From Deltaproteobacteria bacterium (GTDB lineage Bacteria > Desulfobacterota > Desulfomonilia > UBA1062): a stretch of 64,000 bases of DNA. The DNA lies in NCBI GenBank assembly GCA_029547185.1, contig JAKPPU010000034.1, forward strand, positions 58,780 through 122,779, read 5' to 3'. Under the pieces are notes generated by a model. It worked only from the letters and a program-made list of their open reading frames with translations. It made no database searches and was not told the origin of the DNA. Below are positions 9,658-18,680 of this stretch, piece by piece. How positions within the stretch are numbered: position 1 is the stretch's first letter; every line of letters begins with the position of its first letter. The translations under genes were made by a program, and so were the position numbers.

Positions 9658-11172
9658 ATGTTTGAGGGTTTCTTCGGACTCTCGGAAAATCCTTTCAACC
9701 TGACGCCGGATCCGAAGTTTCTCTATATGTCGGATGTGCACAAGGAGGCCTTGTCGCATCTGCAGTACGGTATCGAGCAGAGGAAGGGGTTCGTTCTGAT
9801 CACCGGAGAGGTGGGCACGGGCAAGACCACGATATGCCGGTCTCTGCTCTCGATGCTCTCCAAGAAAACCCGCACCGCCCTCGTGCTGAACCCTTCCCTG
9901 TCGGACGTCGAGCTTCTCCAGACGATCAACCAGGACTTCGGCATCGATTCTTCGTCCGGCTCGAAGAAGATCCTCCTTGATAAGCTCTACAACTTCCTCA
10001 TCGATGTCTTCGTCCGCGGAGAAAATGCTGCCCTGATCATCGACGAGTGCCAGAATCTCACACCGGAGGTCCTCGAGCAGATCCGCCTGCTCTCAAACCT
10101 CGAGACCGAGAAGGAGAAGCTGCTCCAGATCATTATGATCGGCCAGCCCGAGCTTGCACGGATGCTCCAGGCGCCGGGATTGAGGCAGATAAACGACCGT
10201 ATCGTCCTGAGGTACCATATCTGGCCCTTGAGCCTTTCCGACACGAAGAAATACCTCCAGCACCGGATGGAAGTGGCCGGGGCGTACAGGACGGATGTTT
10301 TCACACCCATGGCGGTCCGGGAGATCTATCGATACTCGGGGGGCCTGCCGCGGAAGATGAACGCGCTCGCCGAAAGGGGGCTGCTCATGGCCTACCTCAG
10401 GGGCAAGCGCAGGGTCACGATGAGCATCGTGGCAGCTGCAATAAGGGAGCTGAAGGGAAACTACGGCGAAAACAAGAAACGACACAGGCTGCTCATTCCG
10501 GTTTTTGCAGGCATCTTCGCCGCCTGTGTGATAGCCGCCGCTTTCTGCTGGCCCGACGCGTTTTCGAAGATTTCGGAGTATGCCGCAACACCCGTCGTTG
10601 CAAAGGATAAGGAAATACCCAGAAATGAGAATACACAACAGGCGCCCGTTCCTGTCTCCCGGGTGGACTACGTAATTCCCCAGTACGAGGAGGCGCTGGA
10701 AATCCTGAGCCTCGTTCCCGAAGGTCTCGTCGGCCCGGATATCCTCAATCTCCATCCCAAGCCGAGCATTTTGAAGCTCCTTGGCAGGCCCGCGATTGCC
10801 TCGGTTGACAAAGGATACGTGATTCTGCTCTATGCAACGGATGACTTCGTACGGGTCGTCGGCAGGGACAAGGCCGTCGTCGAAATACCGATGAAGGAGT
10901 TCATTCCGCTCTACCGGTGGAATGTCATGATTGCTTGTACGAGAGATCAGGAGAATCCCGTTTATACCATGGGCGATTCCGGACCCGAGGTCGAGAGGAT
11001 ACAGAGCACCCTGGCGCAAGCCGGATATCAGGCCGAGCGCAGCGGGTTCTACGATGATGCCACAGCCTCTGCCATTGAACGGATGCAGGAGGATTTCGGC
11101 CTGAAGAGAGACGGGGAGGCAGGTCGGGATACGATGGTACTCCTGTCCATGCTTGAAAAGGGAGGAGAATGA
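9658..11172 (+). CDS. ExeA/GspA (MshM-like) AAA ATPase with C-terminal peptidoglycan-binding domain
   Basis: MFEGFFGLSENPF N-terminus, Walker A GEVGTGKTT, Walker B LIIDECQ, a central TM segment, and a C-terminal PG_binding_1-like segment GDSGPEVERIQSTLAQAGY. The track start at 9649 is a GTG; the ATG at 9658 is preferred. Confidence 0.8.
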   Translation: MFEGFFGLSENPFNLTPDPKFLYMSDVHKEALSHLQYGIEQRKGFVLITGEVGTGKTTICRSLLSMLSKKTRTALVLNPSLSDVELLQTINQDFGIDSSSGSKKILLDKLYNFLIDVFVRGENAALIIDECQNLTPEVLEQIRLLSNLETEKEKLLQIIMIGQPELARMLQAPGLRQINDRIVLRYHIWPLSLSDTKKYLQHRMEVAGAYRTDVFTPMAVREIYRYSGGLPRKMNALAERGLLMAYLRGKRRVTMSIVAAAIRELKGNYGENKKRHRLLIPVFAGIFAACVIAAAFCWPDAFSKISEYAATPVVAKDKEIPRNENTQQAPVPVSRVDYVIPQYEEALEILSLVPEGLVGPDILNLHPKPSILKLLGRPAIASVDKGYVILLYATDDFVRVVGRDKAVVEIPMKEFIPLYRWNVMIACTRDQENPVYTMGDSGPEVERIQSTLAQAGYQAERSGFYDDATASAIERMQEDFGLKRDGEAGRDTMVLLSMLEKGGE

Positions 11173-11906
11173 GCTCGATTTACGAAGCACTCCAGAGGAT
11201 CCAGGGACAAAAGAACACGATGTCCCCTTCCGTCATCAGCGAACAGCCTCGCATCAAGGAGAGGACAGCCGTGCTGATCCTCATCGCGGTAATAGTCAGC
11301 TCGCTGTGCACGGCCGCCGTCTTCTTCGGCATCAGGTCTTTCATGGACGGGAAGCAGGACATCCGGGCGGCTGCCGTTACGAGCACTGCGAAAGCCGGTA
11401 CGGCAAATCCGATCAGTGCGAAGCAGAACCGGATGGATGTACAGGGACATGAGATGCCGGCCAAGCCCGCCGCCTCGGCTGCACTGCCCTCGAGTGACAG
11501 TATAGACGACTATCTGAAGGCAGGCGAGCGGCTCTTCAAGGCTAAGGATTATGACAATGCCCTGCTGGTCTACACCAAGGCCATGCACTACTTCAAGAAG
11601 GATGTACGCCTTCTGAACAATATCGGGAATGTCTTTCTGGCAGAGGGACAGACGAAAAAGGCCATCCATTATTTCAAACAAGCGAACAAGACCTCGAAAA
11701 ATTACGTGGAGCCTGTTTACAATCTCGCGTGCGCATATGCCAAATTGGGAAATAGATCAGAAGCGCTGACATATCTGGAAATGGCTTGCTCCATGAATCC
11801 AGAGGCGAGGAGATGGGCATCGGAAGACCCTGATCTGCAAGGGCTCAAAGGCAATGCCAGATTCGATCGGCTCATCGGCACGCAGAAGGAGAAGGGGGAA
11901 GGATGA
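11169..11906 (+). CDS. membrane-anchored TPR repeat protein (MshN/GspB-like position)
   Basis: 245 aa. One TM segment (VLILIAVIVSSLCTAAVFFGI) followed by TPR-like repeats (YDNALLVYTKAMHYFKKD, AIHYFKQANK, YNLACAYAKLGN). ATGA overlaps with both neighbours. Confidence 0.7.
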   Translation: MSSIYEALQRIQGQKNTMSPSVISEQPRIKERTAVLILIAVIVSSLCTAAVFFGIRSFMDGKQDIRAAAVTSTAKAGTANPISAKQNRMDVQGHEMPAKPAASAALPSSDSIDDYLKAGERLFKAKDYDNALLVYTKAMHYFKKDVRLLNNIGNVFLAEGQTKKAIHYFKQANKTSKNYVEPVYNLACAYAKLGNRSEALTYLEMACSMNPEARRWASEDPDLQGLKGNARFDRLIGTQKEKGEG

Positions 11907-14176
11907 ATATTCGGAATATGCTCGTCACCATCGTGATAGCTCTGTTACTCAGCTCGTCGGGTGTCTGGGGGGCACGGCTGATCAACAGCAGTCAGGCTCC
12001 GGCGGCCGGCCAGCAGGACACGCAGCCCAAGAAACAGAACCAGGCTCAAAAACCGGCAGGGGCAGATCGGAATTACCGGAATGTCCTGCAGGAGAAGAAT
12101 ATCCAGCCGGGAAGCCCCGGCACCGGTGAATCCCTGAATGCACGATCATACCCCAAACCTTCGTCGCCTCGCGGGCTGCCGTCTGCCTCCGGCCCGAAGA
12201 GCATGCCCGAGTCACCGGCCCCTCAGCTTTCGGATGCAGGCAGAGATAACGTCTCAAAAGATAAAAACGGAAAGCAGTACGTCACCATGGATTTCGACGG
12301 CGTCGATATCAAGGTCTTCGTAAAGTTCATCGCCGATATCACGGGGAAGAACTTCATCCTCGACGACAAGGTAGCCGGCAAGGTCACGGTCATATCGCCC
12401 CGGAAGATGACGCTGGACGAGGCCTATCAGGTATTTTTGAGCGTGCTCGACGTAAACGGATTCGGAACGGTCAACATGGGAGGGGTGATCAAGGTCGTGC
12501 AGGCGGCAGATGCCGTCACGAGAAGTCTCTCCACCTCGATGAAACCGCCGAAGAAAAAAGAGGACAGCCTGGTCACCCAGATCGTCCAGCTCAAGCATGC
12601 GGATGCCAACGATATGAAAACGCTCTTCACGCCGCTTCTTACGAGGGGGAGCTCCCAGCTGCTGGCATATCCGCAGAGCAATGTCCTCATCATCACGGAT
12701 ACGAGGTCGAATATCCGCAAGATGCTCGAAATTCTCGGTTATATCGATGTGACCGGCTTCGGATCGGATTTCCGTATCTTCCCCCTCGCCCATGCCTCTG
12801 CCACCGATCTCGGCACGAAGCTCACCGACATTCTCTCTGAAGGGGGTGCCGGCTCCGACCGCATACAGCGCGTGAGGAACATCGGTCAGAGGGGAGGGAT
12901 GACCGAACGGGGCAAGACCAAGATCATTCCGTATGAGAGGACCAACGCTCTCATCGTTCTCGCTTCTCCAAGCGACATGAGCCAGATCGAATCCCTCGTC
13001 AAGAAGCTCGATATCCCGACTCCCACAGGGAAGGAAGACATCCACGTCTATTACCTGCAGTTTGCAAGGGCGGAGGATGTGGCAAAGGTCCTCACCGACG
13101 TGCCCACACCGGTGAAATCCGACTCGATTCCGCCCGCACAGCAGCAGGAAGCGGTCCAGAGGGGGCTGCGCAGTGCAGTCAATAACGACAGGGTCAAGAT
13201 ATCGCCGGACAAGGAAACGAACTCCCTCGTCATCTATGCCGACCCCGACGCCTATCAGAGCATCCTTGATACGATCAAGTACCTGGATATCCCCAGGAAG
13301 CAGGTCTACGTGAAGGCCATGATCATGGAGGTGAACCAGAACAAGGACTTCACCGTGGGGGTTCAATGGAATTACTTCGAGGATTTCACCTATGACAACG
13401 GCGAGCGCGTGGGAGGCGTATTCGGGAGGACGGGGGAGAGATTCATCACCAGCCCTGCGGACATTCCCTCCGGTGCGGCATTCGGAGTCGTGGGACAGGG
13501 CATCACCATCACCCAGGGGAATAATACCATCACCTTCCCGAACATGACATCGTTCATCTCCGCCATGGCGCACGATAACGACGTCAGGATCTTAGCGACC
13601 CCTCAGATCATAACCATGGACAATAAAGAGGCCGAGATAACGGTCGGATCGAATGTGCCGTATCTTACCAGAGAGAGTACGGATACCACGAACCTCAACA
13701 ATACCGTCCGGACGTTCGATTATCGCGACGTAGGTGTTACGCTGCGCCTGACGCCCCTCATCAACCAGCAGGGGAACATCCGCCTCGAGCTGTTCCAGGA
13801 GAATACGAGCCTGGTGGAAGGAACGGGGAATCAGGAGTTTGCCCCCACCACGCTGAAGCGTACCGCAAAGACCACGGTCACGGTCAAGGACGGCGCCACC
13901 ATGGTCATCGGCGGGCTCATCGGCGACACCATCACCAACGGGGAATCGGGCGTGCCTCTGCTGAGGAACATTCCGATCCTGGGCCATCTCTTCAAGACGA
14001 ACACGAACAAGAAGCAGAAGACCAACCTCTTCATCTTCCTCACTCCCCGCGTGATAGACACCGATGTCAAGACCACGGACCTCTATAAGGAGAAGTACGG
14101 AGAGATCGATGCGGTGATGAATCCCCCAAAGAACAAGAAGGGAAAGGCAAAGGCCAATGAAAATACCAAGCCTTGA
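11903..14176 (+). CDS. gspD: type II secretion system secretin GspD
   Basis: 757 aa. Signal peptide, a P/S/Q-rich linker, an N0 domain (VTMDFDGVDIKVFVKFIADITGKNFILDDKVAGKVTV), N1-N3 repeats, and a C-terminal secretin domain (GVPLLRNIPILGHLFK). Confidence 0.88.
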   Translation: MNIRNMLVTIVIALLLSSSGVWGARLINSSQAPAAGQQDTQPKKQNQAQKPAGADRNYRNVLQEKNIQPGSPGTGESLNARSYPKPSSPRGLPSASGPKSMPESPAPQLSDAGRDNVSKDKNGKQYVTMDFDGVDIKVFVKFIADITGKNFILDDKVAGKVTVISPRKMTLDEAYQVFLSVLDVNGFGTVNMGGVIKVVQAADAVTRSLSTSMKPPKKKEDSLVTQIVQLKHADANDMKTLFTPLLTRGSSQLLAYPQSNVLIITDTRSNIRKMLEILGYIDVTGFGSDFRIFPLAHASATDLGTKLTDILSEGGAGSDRIQRVRNIGQRGGMTERGKTKIIPYERTNALIVLASPSDMSQIESLVKKLDIPTPTGKEDIHVYYLQFARAEDVAKVLTDVPTPVKSDSIPPAQQQEAVQRGLRSAVNNDRVKISPDKETNSLVIYADPDAYQSILDTIKYLDIPRKQVYVKAMIMEVNQNKDFTVGVQWNYFEDFTYDNGERVGGVFGRTGERFITSPADIPSGAAFGVVGQGITITQGNNTITFPNMTSFISAMAHDNDVRILATPQIITMDNKEAEITVGSNVPYLTRESTDTTNLNNTVRTFDYRDVGVTLRLTPLINQQGNIRLELFQENTSLVEGTGNQEFAPTTLKRTAKTTVTVKDGATMVIGGLIGDTITNGESGVPLLRNIPILGHLFKTNTNKKQKTNLFIFLTPRVIDTDVKTTDLYKEKYGEIDAVMNPPKNKKGKAKANENTKP

Positions 14177-15854
14177 GCATGTTCTCCAGGAAATGAAGCT
14201 TCTTGATGAAGCTGGCCTGGACAAGGTGAGGACGGTCCAGAGAGAGAAGACCCTGCCGTTCCAGGATGCCCTTCTCTCGTCAGGGCTGCTCAGCGACCAC
14301 GACATGATTCAGGCCTTTGCCAGGCTGTGGGATGTCCCGGTCATGAACATCATCGAAGAGATCGAGGTGGCCCCGTCGATCATCGATGTTCTGCCCATCT
14401 CTTTCCTAAGAAAATACACCATGGTCCCGGTAAAGCTCGCAGACGGTGTGCTGACCGTCGCGGTGAACGACCCAGCAGACCAGGAGCCCCTGTTCGACAT
14501 TGCCAAGATCCTCGGCATCAAGGAAATCAAGCGCGTTCTTTCCCCCAAGCAGGAGATCCACAGCGCCATCAGCCGGCTCGTGGAGATGAAGGAAGAAAGC
14601 GCGAAGGATATCATGGACGACATCGAGGAGGAAGACGACGAGATCCTCAAAGACCTCGAGAGCATCCAGGATATCACCCTCATGGAGACCGAAGCGCCGA
14701 TCATCCGCATGGTCAACAGGCTCATGGTCCAGGCATACCGGGACAGGGCGTCAGATATTCACGTAGAGCCCTACCAGACGGATGTGAAGGTGCGGTACCG
14801 GATCGACGGTATCCTCCACGACGTTCTCACGCTGCCGAAGAGGATCCATTCGCCGATCGTGTCCCGCATCAAGATCATGGCGTCTCTCAATATCGCTGAA
14901 AAGCGCCTTCCCCAGGACGGAAGAATCGGAATCAAGCTCGGCGATCATGCGGTTGACCTGAGGATTTCCGTCGTGCCTACCGTGAACGGCGAGCGGGTGG
15001 TCATGAGGATTCTCGACAAATCGAGCGTGCTCTTCGGCCTCGAGGAGCTCGGGTTCTACCCCGACGATCTCGAAAGGATCGAGCGGCTCATCAGGCAGGA
15101 GCACGGCATCGTCCTCGTGACCGGGCCCACCGGGTCGGGGAAGACGACCTCGCTGTATTCCATGCTGAGCAAGATCAATTCTCCGGACAAAAACATTCTC
15201 ACCATCGAAGACCCCATTGAATACCAGCTCAAGGGGATCGGACAGATCCCGGTGAATACCAAGGTGGGGCTTACCTTCGCATCCGGACTGCGCTCCATCG
15301 TGAGGCAGGACCCCGACGTCATCCTCGTGGGTGAGATCCGCGACCTCGAGACTGCGGAGATCGCCATCCAGGCTGCACTGACCGGGCATCTCGTTTTCTC
15401 CACCCTCCACACCAACGATTCCGCCAGTGCGGTGACGAGGCTCATCGACATGGGGATCGAGCCGTTCCTCGTCACCTCGTCGGTGAACGCGATCGTTGCC
15501 CAGAGGCTCGTGAGAGAGATCTGCGCCTCGTGCAAGCAGGAGTATTTCCCGGAGGACGAAAGCCTCCTCGAAATAGGGCTCTCGAAAGAGATGCTCGCCA
15601 GGGAAGGATACCTCTACCGTGGGGCAGGGTGCGGCGAATGCCTCGGGACAGGGTACAAGGGTAGGACAGGAATCTACGAGATCCTCTTCATGAGCGATCT
15701 CATCAAGAGCACCATACTCAAGACATCGGACTCCAATATCATCAAGAACGCAGCCTTGAGCGAAGGCCTCCACACGCTCAGGCAGGACGGCGCCCGCAAG
15801 GTCGAAGACGGCGTTACCACGATAGAGGAGGTCCTCAGGGTGACCCAGCAGTAA
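14157..15854 (+). CDS. gspE: type II secretion/type IV pilus family ATPase GspE (MshE-like)
   Basis: 565 aa. T2SSE N-terminal domain, Walker A GPTGSGKTT, Asp and His boxes, and a tetracysteine motif (CASC...CGEC). Confidence 0.9.
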   Translation: MKIPSLEHVLQEMKLLDEAGLDKVRTVQREKTLPFQDALLSSGLLSDHDMIQAFARLWDVPVMNIIEEIEVAPSIIDVLPISFLRKYTMVPVKLADGVLTVAVNDPADQEPLFDIAKILGIKEIKRVLSPKQEIHSAISRLVEMKEESAKDIMDDIEEEDDEILKDLESIQDITLMETEAPIIRMVNRLMVQAYRDRASDIHVEPYQTDVKVRYRIDGILHDVLTLPKRIHSPIVSRIKIMASLNIAEKRLPQDGRIGIKLGDHAVDLRISVVPTVNGERVVMRILDKSSVLFGLEELGFYPDDLERIERLIRQEHGIVLVTGPTGSGKTTSLYSMLSKINSPDKNILTIEDPIEYQLKGIGQIPVNTKVGLTFASGLRSIVRQDPDVILVGEIRDLETAEIAIQAALTGHLVFSTLHTNDSASAVTRLIDMGIEPFLVTSSVNAIVAQRLVREICASCKQEYFPEDESLLEIGLSKEMLAREGYLYRGAGCGECLGTGYKGRTGIYEILFMSDLIKSTILKTSDSNIIKNAALSEGLHTLRQDGARKVEDGVTTIEEVLRVTQQ

Positions 15855-15878
15855 TATCGAAGAGGTAGCACGACGGTA

Positions 15879-17237
15879 ATGGCAAAACAGAAGAGAATCT
15901 ATCGCTGCTCCTCCTGCAGCCAGATCCATACGCAGTGGATGGGGAAATGCCCGCAGTGCGGCGAGTGGAACACGCTCATCGAGGATATCGTCTCGGCGGG
16001 AGCCAGGCCGTCCTCGCCGGAGCGCGTCAGGAAGGGTGCGCCCGTGCCGCTCTCGGAAGTCGCATCCTCCCCCTTCGCGAGGAGGAAGTGCGGGATCGAG
16101 GAGCTCGACCGTGTGCTGGGGGGAGGGCTCGTCGAGGGGTCCCTCGTGCTCATCGGCGGCGACCCCGGGATCGGGAAGTCGACCATCATGATCCAGATGG
16201 CCTATCACCTTTCCCTGTCAGGGATGCGCATCCTCTATGTCAGCGGCGAGGAATCCGGGGTCCAGCTGAGGATGAGGAGCGAGAGGCTCGGCGCCGTTTC
16301 AGAGGATATCCTCGTCTACTCGGAGGTCGTTCTCGAGGAGATCCGGGAGCAGATCGCAGCGATCAGACCGGACGTGGTGATCATCGACTCCATCCAGTCG
16401 GTGCTCTCCTCGCAGATCGACGCCCCTCCCGGGAGCGTATCCCAGATTCGTGAGAGTGCGGGCATGCTCATGGAGATCGCCAAGGGCATGAACACCGTGG
16501 TGTTCGTCGTAGGCCACGTGACCAAGGAGGGGTGGATAGCGGGCCCCAAGATGCTCGAGCACATGGTCGATACCGTGCTCTATTTCGAAGGCGATGCCTC
16601 CGGGGTCTACCGGATCCTGCGGGCCGTAAAGAACCGGTTCGGGACATCGGGCGAGATCGGTGTGTTCGAGATGAAGTCGAACGGGCTTGAGGAGGTCCAC
16701 GACCCCTCCTCCATCTTCATCAACGGACACTCCGGCGACGTGTCGGGAAGCTCGGTCATGGCCACTATTGAAGGGAGCCGGTCATTCCTCGTGGAGGTTC
16801 AGGCCCTGGTGAGCAGGACGAGCTACAGCATGCCCAGGCGCATCTCCATCGGTTCGGATCAGTCGCGCCTGTCGGTGCTCCTTGCGGTACTGGAGAAGAG
16901 GGCAGGGATGTTCCTTTCGAATTCGGACGTGGTCGTCAACGTCGCCGGCGGGATCAAGATAAATGAGCCTGCCGTGGACCTCGCAGTGGTCATGGCGATT
17001 GCTTCGAGCGCCCTTGACAGACCCCTCGACAGGGGGACCGTGTGCATAGGCGAAATAGGTCTGGGAGGAGAGCTCCGGCCCGTGATTCACATGGAATCCA
17101 GGCTCAAGGAGGCATTGAGAATGGGGTTCACCCAGGCGCTGGTCCCTGCATCCAACCTGGAGAAGACAGCCCCTTTGAATGGGATCAGAACGATTGCCGT
17201 CTCCCAGGTCAGGGATGCCCTGGACATCTTCTCATAG
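15879..17237 (+). CDS. radA: DNA repair protein RadA/Sms
   Basis: 452 aa. Zinc finger CSSCSQ...CPQCGEW, Walker A GDPGIGKST, a KNRFG motif, and a Lon-like C-terminal domain. Confidence 0.93.
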   Translation: MAKQKRIYRCSSCSQIHTQWMGKCPQCGEWNTLIEDIVSAGARPSSPERVRKGAPVPLSEVASSPFARRKCGIEELDRVLGGGLVEGSLVLIGGDPGIGKSTIMIQMAYHLSLSGMRILYVSGEESGVQLRMRSERLGAVSEDILVYSEVVLEEIREQIAAIRPDVVIIDSIQSVLSSQIDAPPGSVSQIRESAGMLMEIAKGMNTVVFVVGHVTKEGWIAGPKMLEHMVDTVLYFEGDASGVYRILRAVKNRFGTSGEIGVFEMKSNGLEEVHDPSSIFINGHSGDVSGSSVMATIEGSRSFLVEVQALVSRTSYSMPRRISIGSDQSRLSVLLAVLEKRAGMFLSNSDVVVNVAGGIKINEPAVDLAVVMAIASSALDRPLDRGTVCIGEIGLGGELRPVIHMESRLKEALRMGFTQALVPASNLEKTAPLNGIRTIAVSQVRDALDIFS

Positions 17238-17353
17238 AGCCTTCCCCGCGGCTTTTTCGTCCTGAAAAAATGAAGAGATCCCTTGTTTCAACCCTTCCAA
17301 CCCATTATGTATAGTATTAAAGGCAGGGGAGGCACGTGACGATAGCTTTGCAT

Positions 17354-17701
17354 ATGAGAAAATACAATATTTACGCATTCATGCCGGGCATGGGCAGGTA
17401 TGAAATCATCAAGGAGAACCAGAAGCAGACCGGTCAGCCCGAGGAAGATTACTGGAATGAATGCTTTACCTGGGAGGATATGAAGAAAATCGTCCCTTAC
17501 CTCCGTTCCCATGGGTGGAAGATTACCATTGAACCATTATCCCGAGAAGATGCCTTCGGGAAAATACATATATTTTCATTTACTTATGGCATCAACCATG
17601 ATTTCAAAATCCTCAACGTATCCGGGATACGCATCATCATTGCCCGCGATTTCGGCATTCACAGATCGCTCAAAGAGTCTTTCAATCCGAGGGGCTATTG
17701 A
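17354..17701 (+). CDS. hypothetical protein (orphan ORF in a locally AT-rich spacer)
   Basis: The only long ORF between radA and the IHF/HU gene. I recognise no motif. The ATG at 17354 is used; the track ORF starts at a GTG at 17336. Confidence 0.4.
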   Translation: MRKYNIYAFMPGMGRYEIIKENQKQTGQPEEDYWNECFTWEDMKKIVPYLRSHGWKITIEPLSREDAFGKIHIFSFTYGINHDFKILNVSGIRIIIARDFGIHRSLKESFNPRGY

Positions 17702-17726
17702 CATCGATCACCTGCGATAATAATAT
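17698..17726 (+). promoter_or_regulatory. candidate sigma70-type promoter for the IHF/HU gene
   Basis: TTGACA (17698-17703), a 17-nt spacer, then TAATAT (17721-17726), about 40 nt upstream of the ATG at 17768. Confidence 0.35.
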
Positions 17727-17767
17727 TATATAGTTATACGAGATAGTGTTTTTCAAAGGAGGGAAAT

Positions 17768-18058
17768 ATGAGTACCTTGACCAAGAGCGGAATCATTGAT
17801 GAAATCGTCCTGAACACCGGGCTTTCCCGGAAAGAGGCCAGTGACGGGATCGAAACCTTCATCGAGATCATAAAAGAGTCCCTTGAGAAGGGAGAGCCGG
17901 TCAGCATCTCGGGTTTCGGGAAGTGGAAGGTCAGGGGAAAGTCGGCCAGGAGAGGCCGAAACCCGAAAACAGCGGAAGAGATCGTCATCTCACCGAGAAC
18001 CGTCGTCACCTTTTCCTTATCGAATGTCCTCAGATCGAGACTCGCGGGTAGGGAATAA
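17768..18058 (+). CDS. HU/IHF family DNA-binding protein (IHF-alpha-like)
   Basis: 96 aa. GFGKWKVRGKSARRGRNPKTAEEIVISPRTVVTF is the classic beta-arm with RNPKT. Confidence 0.88.
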   Translation: MSTLTKSGIIDEIVLNTGLSRKEASDGIETFIEIIKESLEKGEPVSISGFGKWKVRGKSARRGRNPKTAEEIVISPRTVVTFSLSNVLRSRLAGRE

Positions 18059-18302
18059 GGCCTCGCAATCGCTTATCAGCAGCGTCGGCTTTCATCCTAC
18101 GAAGGGATCGGGACCATGATGGTCTGCCGCATGCGGGTTCCGGCGCCTGAGTTCGACGAACCGGGCCACGTATCAGCAAAGAATTATCTGACAAGAATGA
18201 AAAATCCCTAAAAAATACAATCCGGAGATCATCTCAAGAAAACATGACGACCTCCGGAGAGGATAACTGGCTCCTATCCCTGGAGCTTCCCGAATATTCA
18301 TA

Positions 18303-18328
18303 AGCCCTTGATGCTTCTTTCAAGGGCT
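18303..18328 (-). terminator. stem-loop downstream of the ferredoxin gene
   Basis: AGCCCTTGA (18303-18311) pairs with TCAAGGGCT (18320-18328) around an 8-nt loop, 10 nt after the ferredoxin stop. The U-tract is weak. Confidence 0.4.
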
Positions 18329-18337
18329 CTTGGCCTC

Positions 18338-18511
18338 TTATTCTCCTGGCTCTATTGCGTCTGTCGGGCAGACATCGGCGCACGTTCCGCAATCAGTGCA
18401 CAGATCAGGATCGATGGTGTATTTGTCATCGCCTTCACTGATAGCCTCAACAGGACACTCGTCGATACAGGTCCCACAGCTAATACATTCATCAGTAATT
18501 ACATAAGCCAT
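18338..18511 (-). CDS. 2x[4Fe-4S] ferredoxin
   Basis: MAYVITDECISCGTCIDECP...CTDCGTCADVCP gives two CxxCxxCxxxCP motifs. The start is set at the internal ATG (18511); the track ORF extends to 18571. Confidence 0.88.
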   Translation of the reverse strand: MAYVITDECISCGTCIDECPVEAISEGDDKYTIDPDLCTDCGTCADVCPTDAIEPGE

Positions 18512-18680
18512 TTCTGCTCTCCTTTCCTGATATTCTGCAAGGTTGGTATAGAAATTATCCGTAAATGGCAAGTCTTTTTTTGTTTTTTCCTCCGGGTTGT
18601 GATATTGTGCACGACCGGTATGCGTATTTCTCCCGAAGTATGCGCACAGCCGGTTTTTTCAGCGACGGTGAAAGGAAGAC

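Noticed and set aside
10093-16208. Long minus-strand ORFs (10093..11190, 12254..13573, 13592..14305, 14751..16208) opposite the exeA, gspD and gspE genes
   Set aside because: They are Arg/Gly/Pro/His-rich shadow frames typical of antisense strands in high-GC genes. The plus-strand genes have unambiguous family motifs.
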